A stretch of 64,000 bases of DNA from Planctomycetota bacterium (GTDB taxonomy: Bacteria; Planctomycetota; OFTM77). The number at the start of each line of letters is the position of its first letter. The first letter of the stretch is position 1. The translations under genes were made by a program, and so were the position numbers. This document shows, piece after piece, positions 57,845-64,000 of the stretch. Where the stretch lies: contig JAJDCO010000149.1 of NCBI GenBank assembly GCA_029260795.1, positions 131,814-195,813 of the forward strand. The letters run 5' to 3'. The notes under the pieces are model-generated. The model saw nothing but the letters and a program-made list of their open reading frames with translations. It was not told where the DNA came from and made no database searches.

Positions 57845-58825
57845 TCATCGGCAATCGTCGTCGAGGTTCAGGTTGAAGTCGCCCTTGCACTCGAACGGCT
57901 CTTCGCCGCGGCAGTCGATCAGCTGATCGAGCCAGCCGCTCGCTCCGTAGCGAACGTTCTTGCCGTTGGCGCCGACGCCGACCTGGAAAGCCGGGCCGTC
58001 GCGGCTGATCTGGATCGTGCAGCCGTCGTTGTCACCCAAGCCCGTGATCGTGCCTTCGGTCCGGACGTAGTAGTGCCAGGTTCGCGGGTCGACCGGGCCG
58101 CCGTTCTCGACGTAAGCGGAAGGGTGCAGCTCCTTCTTCGGGCTGCCCTCGGGCGGAGGGTCGCCCGCGTCCACGCGATCGAAGAAGTGCACGTCCACGA
58201 GCCAACGATCGTCCGAGTCGTCCTCGTCCACGAGGGTGCCCCGCAGGCGCGCCGTGCCGTCGCCCAACTCTTCGAAGGAGCGCGGCTCGTGGCGATCGAA
58301 CACGAACTCGTGGCCGATGCACTGGGTCGACCAGGCGTGGCGTGATTCATCGGGACCGAACTCGTCCGAGATCGCTTCGGACGGGCATTTCTCACCGCAG
58401 CCGCTGTCCCGGAACTGGATCGAGACCTGGTTCGAACGCCCCAGCTGCTCGGGGCGCTCGGTGCTGATGGCGACGAACTGGAGGAAGAACGTCTTCCCGA
58501 GAAAGACGTCACTGCACGGCACACCGCAGTCGAACCTCTGGCGTCCGTCCCGGACCGAGATCGGGAAGGGCGGCGCCAGCAAAGGGCCGACACACAGACG
58601 GCCGAACGGCGACCGGCTAGGTCCTTCTTCGAGAGAGAGCAGCAGAAAAGCCTGGTGGGAGCCGGGGGTCTCGAGCACTGCGCTCGCCGGGACACCGAGG
58701 GGGTAGGTCGACTCGGCGATCAACCGGTAACCGTCGTCACCGTCGCAGTCTTGAGCCGAGGCCGCCGGGGCGGCGAGCAGCGAGGTCGCCGCGAGCACAC
58801 CGGTAGCCAGCATCGAGAGCTTCAT
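57845..58825 (-). CDS. Secreted two-domain hypothetical protein
   Basis: GGAG RBS; signal peptide ASA/Q; Cys-containing N-domain; C-domain with F.E..DGTA.L.G, GSPKKEL, GPAFQVG.GANGKN. Confidence 0.7.
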   Translation of the reverse strand: MKLSMLATGVLAATSLLAAPAASAQDCDGDDGYRLIAESTYPLGVPASAVLETPGSHQAFLLLSLEEGPSRSPFGRLCVGPLLAPPFPISVRDGRQRFDCGVPCSDVFLGKTFFLQFVAISTERPEQLGRSNQVSIQFRDSGCGEKCPSEAISDEFGPDESRHAWSTQCIGHEFVFDRHEPRSFEELGDGTARLRGTLVDEDDSDDRWLVDVHFFDRVDAGDPPPEGSPKKELHPSAYVENGGPVDPRTWHYYVRTEGTITGLGDNDGCTIQISRDGPAFQVGVGANGKNVRYGASGWLDQLIDCRGEEPFECKGDFNLNLDDDCR

Positions 58826-59328
58826 CAGGAATCTCCTCCGAGAGCATGCAGATCAAGTGGGTGGTTCGCCGCCCGATCCCCAGGCCGGGGCGGGCTTCGA
58901 AGGTGAGATCCCGGGCCCCCACCTTGGGAGACCCGATGCCCCACGCTAGAGAATCGTGGGTGTCTCGGCAAGAGGCTCTTCGGCCAGAAGTGCATTTTTT
59001 GTAGGTGTTTGTGGTGGTTGTGAAATGGAGAGGAAGAGCCTGCAGACACCGGTTGCGCCGGCGCCGACCTCCCAGCGATCGCAATGGTGGTTGTCCCATT
59101 CGACACGGGCTTCGTCTCCGGCGATTGCCACGTCGACATGACAATCGAGAGTCTCCGGTACGTGTTGCGTGAATCCGTCGAGCCGCTCCCTCGAAGCACG
59201 CGGCTCTGAAAGCGCCTGCTCCAAAGAGCTTCAGCTCGTGAGCAGCGGGCGGCTGCGAGGAGTCACCACGGGAACGCAACGTGCGTTGCCATGAGGTCCC
59301 GGCCTTGCCCTCGTGAGGAGGTCTTCTC

Positions 59329-61833
59329 ATGTCACACGTTCGAGTGCTTCGAATCGGCTTGGGCCCAGTCGCCTTTGCGCTGGGCTGGATTCTCTGCTGG
59401 CTGGCCTGGACACCTGGGCTCCGAGCCGAGGAGCGCGCCGGTGGCCTCCCGCTGCTCTTCCTGGAAGCACCGGCCGGCGAGTGCTTCGTCGCTCGGCAAG
59501 GATCGATGACCGTCCGCTGCGCGCCGTCAGGTGTCGATCTGTGCTTGGCGTCCCCGAGGGGGGGCTTCGACGAGGTCCGTCTCGAGATACTCGGAGCCGA
59601 CGCCCAGTCACCGGCCCTCGGGACCGACCCGGCGGAGGGGCGCATCCACATGCTGCGAGGTGGCGATCTTTCCCGCTGGCAAATCAATGGACGCGTCTTC
59701 GGAAGCGTCACTTATCCCGACATCTATCCGGGCATCAACCTGGTGGTGCGGGGAGGCTCTGGGCTGAAGGCCGAGTGGATCCTCGCTCCCGGAGCGTCGC
59801 CCGAGGTGATTCGCTGGCAGTATCGGGGAGCCTGTGCCGTCGCGGTGACTTCGCATTCGCTGCGCGTCACCACTGCGGGCGGTGTCTTGCATGAGGGCGA
59901 GCCGCTCTTCTGGCAGGAGAAGGACGGCGAGCGCGTCCTCGTGACCGGGGGCTACCGAGAGGTCGAGCCGGGCGTGATGGGTTTTTGGGTCGGTGACTAC
60001 GATCCGGAGAGCCCGCTCGTCTTGGACCCGAGCTTGGTTTGGAGCACGTTCCTGGGCGGCGACAATACGGGTGTGGGCGGCGAGAGTGTGCGGACGATCG
60101 CTCGGGATGCCAGTGGCTTCCTCTATGTCGCGGGAACGAGCGCGGCCGCGGACTTCCCGGTCACGCCGGGCGCACTTCAGCCGAGCCTCTTGGGCAACAA
60201 TGACGCCTTCGTGGCGAAGCTCGATCCGACCGGGTCGAGCCTCGTGTGGGCGACCTACCTCGGTGGCACGGATCGCGAAGGGGCCGTCGCTTTGGCTGTC
60301 GATGGAGCCGGGCAAGTGACCCTGGCCGGAATCACCTACTCGATGGACTTCCCTGCGACGCCGGGCGCTTTCGACACCGTCTCCGACGCTACCGGCGGTC
60401 CGCAAGCGACCGGCGACGTCTTCGTGGCTCGACTCGACGCCACGGGTTCGAGCTTGATCTGGGCAACCTATCTCGGGGGGACGGGCGACGACTGGGTCGG
60501 AGGCTCGACACACACCTGGTCGGGCACAGGCGGCCAGTCCTTGGTGCTCGCGCCTTCAGGGAACGTCTTCCTTTGCGGGACGACCTTCGCGACCTCTTTC
60601 CCCGTGACGGCGGGCGCCTTCGATACGACGAGAAAGGGACCTTCGGACGGATACCTGGTCGAGCTCGACGCGACCGGCTCCCAGCTGCTCTTGGGCACGC
60701 TGCTCGGGGGAGCCGATAAGGACTTCGCCACGAGCCTGACACTGGCGCAGGACGGCACGGCGATCGTGGCGGGAACCACGCAGTCGACCGATTTCCCGAC
60801 GACGGCCGGAGCTTATGACCAGAGCTACAACGGGCCACCCATTCCTTTCGACAAAGGCGATGCCTTCATCGTGCAGCTGACACCGAACGGCTCGGCGCTG
60901 CAGTTCGGCACCTACTTCGGGGGCTCGGCCAGCGACCAGGCCGTCTCGGTCGCCCTCGACCCGAGTGGCGCCGTCGTCATCGCCGGCGAGACGACGTCTC
61001 CGGATCTGCCGACGACGCTTCGGGCTTTCGACCGAACTCACAACGGCAAAGGTGACCTGTTCGCAGCGCGCTTCGACGCCACCGGCACGACGCTTCAGAT
61101 GGGCACCTACCTGGGGGGCGGCGAGTTTGATCGCGGCGCCGTGCTCGCCCTCGACTCGGTCGGCAATCTCTACCTCGGTGGATCCACGTTCTCGCCAGAC
61201 TTCCCGACTACCGCCGGGTCGGCAGACACCACCTTCGAAGGACCGACGGAAGGGATCGTCGCCAAGCTCGATGTCTCGGGACGAGGCCTCGCCTACTCGT
61301 CGTTCCTGGGTGGGCAAGAGGGAGACGGCGTCTTCGGCATCACCGTCGACTCCGCCGGTGCGGCCACGGTCGTCGGTTGGACGGAAGCCTCGTTCCCCAC
61401 GACACCGGGTGCCTTCGACGAGACCTTGACCGGGGACACCGACGGATTCGTGGCCCAGCTACAGCCGACGACGCAGCTGACGTTCAACGGCACGCCCGCG
61501 CCCAGTCAAAGCGCTCACTACACGGTGCAAGGGCTGGTCGTCGAGGCCGGTCAGCTCGCCCAGGTCGCCTTGAGCTGCAGCGGCCAGGGCGGCATCCCAC
61601 TCTTTCAGGGGTTGACTCTGCCGCTGACCTTCGACGGCTGCACGCAGATCGGCCTCCTGTTGGGCAGCCAGCTGCAAGGCACGGTCGATGCGACGGGCTT
61701 TGCTCAAACGCCGTCGATCGCCTTCCCGTCCGTGCCGCCCGGGATCACGGTATGGAGCGCGGCCTTCCTGTGGAACCCGGGGAGCGGGACGTTGTCCTCG
61801 GTGACGTTGCCCCTGAGCTTCGTGACGCAGTAG
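59329..61833 (+). CDS. SBBP (beta-propeller) repeat protein with uncharacterised C-terminal domain
   Basis: GAGGAGG RBS; V.YPDIYPGI.L, YD...PLVLDP.L.WSTFLGG, repeated G.T.S.DFP.T.GAFD...D.FVA.LD..G..L.W.TYLGG. Confidence 0.88.
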   Translation: MSHVRVLRIGLGPVAFALGWILCWLAWTPGLRAEERAGGLPLLFLEAPAGECFVARQGSMTVRCAPSGVDLCLASPRGGFDEVRLEILGADAQSPALGTDPAEGRIHMLRGGDLSRWQINGRVFGSVTYPDIYPGINLVVRGGSGLKAEWILAPGASPEVIRWQYRGACAVAVTSHSLRVTTAGGVLHEGEPLFWQEKDGERVLVTGGYREVEPGVMGFWVGDYDPESPLVLDPSLVWSTFLGGDNTGVGGESVRTIARDASGFLYVAGTSAAADFPVTPGALQPSLLGNNDAFVAKLDPTGSSLVWATYLGGTDREGAVALAVDGAGQVTLAGITYSMDFPATPGAFDTVSDATGGPQATGDVFVARLDATGSSLIWATYLGGTGDDWVGGSTHTWSGTGGQSLVLAPSGNVFLCGTTFATSFPVTAGAFDTTRKGPSDGYLVELDATGSQLLLGTLLGGADKDFATSLTLAQDGTAIVAGTTQSTDFPTTAGAYDQSYNGPPIPFDKGDAFIVQLTPNGSALQFGTYFGGSASDQAVSVALDPSGAVVIAGETTSPDLPTTLRAFDRTHNGKGDLFAARFDATGTTLQMGTYLGGGEFDRGAVLALDSVGNLYLGGSTFSPDFPTTAGSADTTFEGPTEGIVAKLDVSGRGLAYSSFLGGQEGDGVFGITVDSAGAATVVGWTEASFPTTPGAFDETLTGDTDGFVAQLQPTTQLTFNGTPAPSQSAHYTVQGLVVEAGQLAQVALSCSGQGGIPLFQGLTLPLTFDGCTQIGLLLGSQLQGTVDATGFAQTPSIAFPSVPPGITVWSAAFLWNPGSGTLSSVTLPLSFVTQ

Positions 61834-62177
61834 GTTTCCCTGCGCCCCGTCCCCGTGCTGGCATCCCTTGGCAACAAACAGGAGCCGAATCTCCTTCGAA
61901 GGCCGGCTCCTGTGACGAAAACCGATCCCGGAGGAGGCTCGGTCGGGTTCCTGTGGACTCAGGCTCGTGCGACGGAGATGTTGTCATGATGTCGTGCTCG
62001 GGCTGATGCATCTCGGTGTCTCGCGATGAACAGCGTCGTCTTGGCGATGTTGTCGGCACCGGCCGCCCGCGTCAGGCAAGCGGCGTGCTCGGGCGGAAGC
62101 TCGTAGCGTCCGGTCGCCGAATCGAAGCGCACGATGCGGCCGCCGACCGGGAGCCTCCCGGCGGCGGCTCCTGGGCC

Positions 62178-64000
62178 TCAGGCATCGTGTTCGAGGGCCT
62201 CCCGAATCTCGGTCAGGTCCGAGAAGAACCCATCGCGGACTGAGCCGGCGCGCATCCAGTCGTGGGGCGACCGCTCGTCGTCGAGGCGAGAGAGCACGCT
62301 GGTGAGTCGACGTCGAGCGACGTCGGGATGGCCAACCTCGACCAGCCAGCCGGTGGTGTAGACCGTCCAGGCCAGGATGATCCGGCGCCATGCGGCGAGA
62401 CGCGGAGGGCCGGCGAACTCCTCGAGGCTCGTGCGCCGCAGCGCCTTGGCGATGGTTCGGAGTCGGTCGGATAACGCCTCGCCGGGGTTCAGTGGATCGT
62501 CGTCCTCCCCGTCGATCTGCCCGTCATCGTCGGTGTCCGGGTCACAGGGGTCGGAGCCGACCGCATGCACCTCTTGTCCGTCGAGCAGCCCGTCCTCGTC
62601 CGAGTCCGCCCGGGTCGCGTCCGGGCAGCCCGAGCCGGCCGCGAGGTCGATCTCCTCTCCGTCGAGCAGTCCATCGTCGTCGGTGTCGGGGGAGAGCGGG
62701 TTCAAGCCGAGGTCCCTCTCGGTACCGTCGCCCAGACCGTCACCGTCGGTATCGGGGGCACAAGGGTCGGTCCCGAGGGCGGCCTCAGCGCCGTCGAGGA
62801 GCGCATCCCCGTCGACATCGGCATTCAGCGGATCGAGGCAGCTTCCTTGAAGACTCGCGGCGTACTCCTCTCCGTCGAGGAGGCCGTCGTCGTCGGTGTC
62901 CGGATCCTGGGGATCGGTTCCGATCACATGCTCCATGCCGTCGAGGAGCCCGTCGGTATCTGAGTCTCGTGCCTCCAAGAAGACAACCAGATCGTCCAGT
63001 CCGAAGTCGGGCGCGGAGAGCCTCCGGTTATCCGAGAGCACCACCCGAGTGATGACCTCCTGCTCGGCGAACACCGACCAGTGACGCTCGAGCCCGCTGG
63101 GGCCCTGCTCGCCCGTTCGCGTCTCTTGGTCGATGACGTTGTTGGCGGCATCGAACGCTCGCAGCGTGATGGATCGAGTGCTCGGCTCGCCACGTTCTAA
63201 GAGATCGAGCGTGGTGAGGCTGAAGCCGAGCACCGGTCGCGAGAGCTCGAAGATGATCGGCTGCACGAAGTCGAAGGGGCGAGCACGGTTCTCCCGGTCG
63301 TCCTCACCGGTCAAGAAGATCGAGCCCGAGACGGCGGTCGGATTGAGTGGAGCGTTTCGGGCTCCGGCGCCTTCAAAGCCGGGGCGATCCTCGTAGTAGG
63401 CGCGCGAGGCGAGCTGGAAGCCGGGCTCGACTTGGATGTCGAGCACGATGTCGCGCAACCTGCGGCGAATGACGGGCGCCGAGTCCTCGGCGAGATCCTC
63501 GAACGGATCGAGCACCGAGTCTTGAAGCACGACCAGGTCATCCAGGCCGAACCCCGAGCGCTCGAGGACTCCATGGGCGAGGAGCTCGACGCGCGCGATC
63601 TGCGGCATGCGAGCTCGCACGCACCAGTCGAGATCCAAGCCACTCGGCCCCTGCTCACCGTCGCGGAAGACCTCCACCAGCACGCGCCCATCCGCGTCGA
63701 GCGCGCGCAGGCTCACGCTGGCGTCGGCGCGCTCACCGTCCTCGAGCAGATCGATCGTGGTAATCGAGAAGAGCTGCACGGGCGGTGAGAGCTCGAAGAC
63801 GATCGGAGCCGACTCCGAGAAGCCGAGCGACGATCCTCCGGCGAGGTCCTCGGGTGCCAAGAAGCGTCGACCGGTGACCGCGCCCGAGTTCAGCGGGCTG
63901 TTGGGTTGCCCACGGAGCCCGTCGAAGGCACGCTCCCCCCCGGCGCCGTATGTGCGAGCCGTGAGCACGACCCCTTCAGCGGACAGCACCCGAACGGAGA
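62178..64000 (-). CDS. Surface protein with duplicated domain and DxDxDG (thrombospondin-type-3-like Ca-binding) repeats; 5' end outside window
   Basis: Seven D-x-D-x-D-G/A-L/Q-x-DG-x-E units; two similar ~165-aa modules; frame open to the window end. Confidence 0.8.
   Translation of the reverse strand, partial: SVRVLSAEGVVLTARTYGAGGERAFDGLRGQPNSPLNSGAVTGRRFLAPEDLAGGSSLGFSESAPIVFELSPPVQLFSITTIDLLEDGERADASVSLRALDADGRVLVEVFRDGEQGPSGLDLDWCVRARMPQIARVELLAHGVLERSGFGLDDLVVLQDSVLDPFEDLAEDSAPVIRRRLRDIVLDIQVEPGFQLASRAYYEDRPGFEGAGARNAPLNPTAVSGSIFLTGEDDRENRARPFDFVQPIIFELSRPVLGFSLTTLDLLERGEPSTRSITLRAFDAANNVIDQETRTGEQGPSGLERHWSVFAEQEVITRVVLSDNRRLSAPDFGLDDLVVFLEARDSDTDGLLDGMEHVIGTDPQDPDTDDDGLLDGEEYAASLQGSCLDPLNADVDGDALLDGAEAALGTDPCAPDTDGDGLGDGTERDLGLNPLSPDTDDDGLLDGEEIDLAAGSGCPDATRADSDEDGLLDGQEVHAVGSDPCDPDTDDDGQIDGEDDDPLNPGEALSDRLRTIAKALRRTSLEEFAGPPRLAAWRRIILAWTVYTTGWLVEVGHPDVARRRLTSVLSRLDDERSPHDWMRAGSVRDGFFSDLTEIREALEHDA

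Overview
High-GC bacterial chromosomal window with about 45 CDS and no rRNA, tRNA, CRISPR array or intact transposase that I could see. Gene content (several sulfatases, ECF sigma/anti-sigma pairs, carboxypeptidase-regulatory-like repeat proteins, PQQ/SBBP/BNR beta-propellers, a DUF1570-like protein) suggests a Planctomycetota-like organism; this is inference only. Housekeeping genes: zwf-gnd-pgl, a mitochondrial-type aconitase followed by two tandem nfuA paralogs, uvrA, panB, ATP-dependent pckA and an RlmD-like methyltransferase. Most notable observations: (i) a ~120-aa C-terminal domain with a conserved Cys pair shared by two otherwise unrelated secreted proteins, a candidate export or anchoring signal; (ii) a family of intergenic REP/MITE-like repeats that brackets a DedA + flavin disulfide reductase operon in inverted orientation and also sits at a probable deletion scar joining two gene stubs; (iii) back-to-back TGTAAY-N16-GGTT promoter motifs defining an ECF sigma/anti-sigma/target module. 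All family assignments are from motif recognition by eye, not database searches. Many start codons were re-picked from RBS context.
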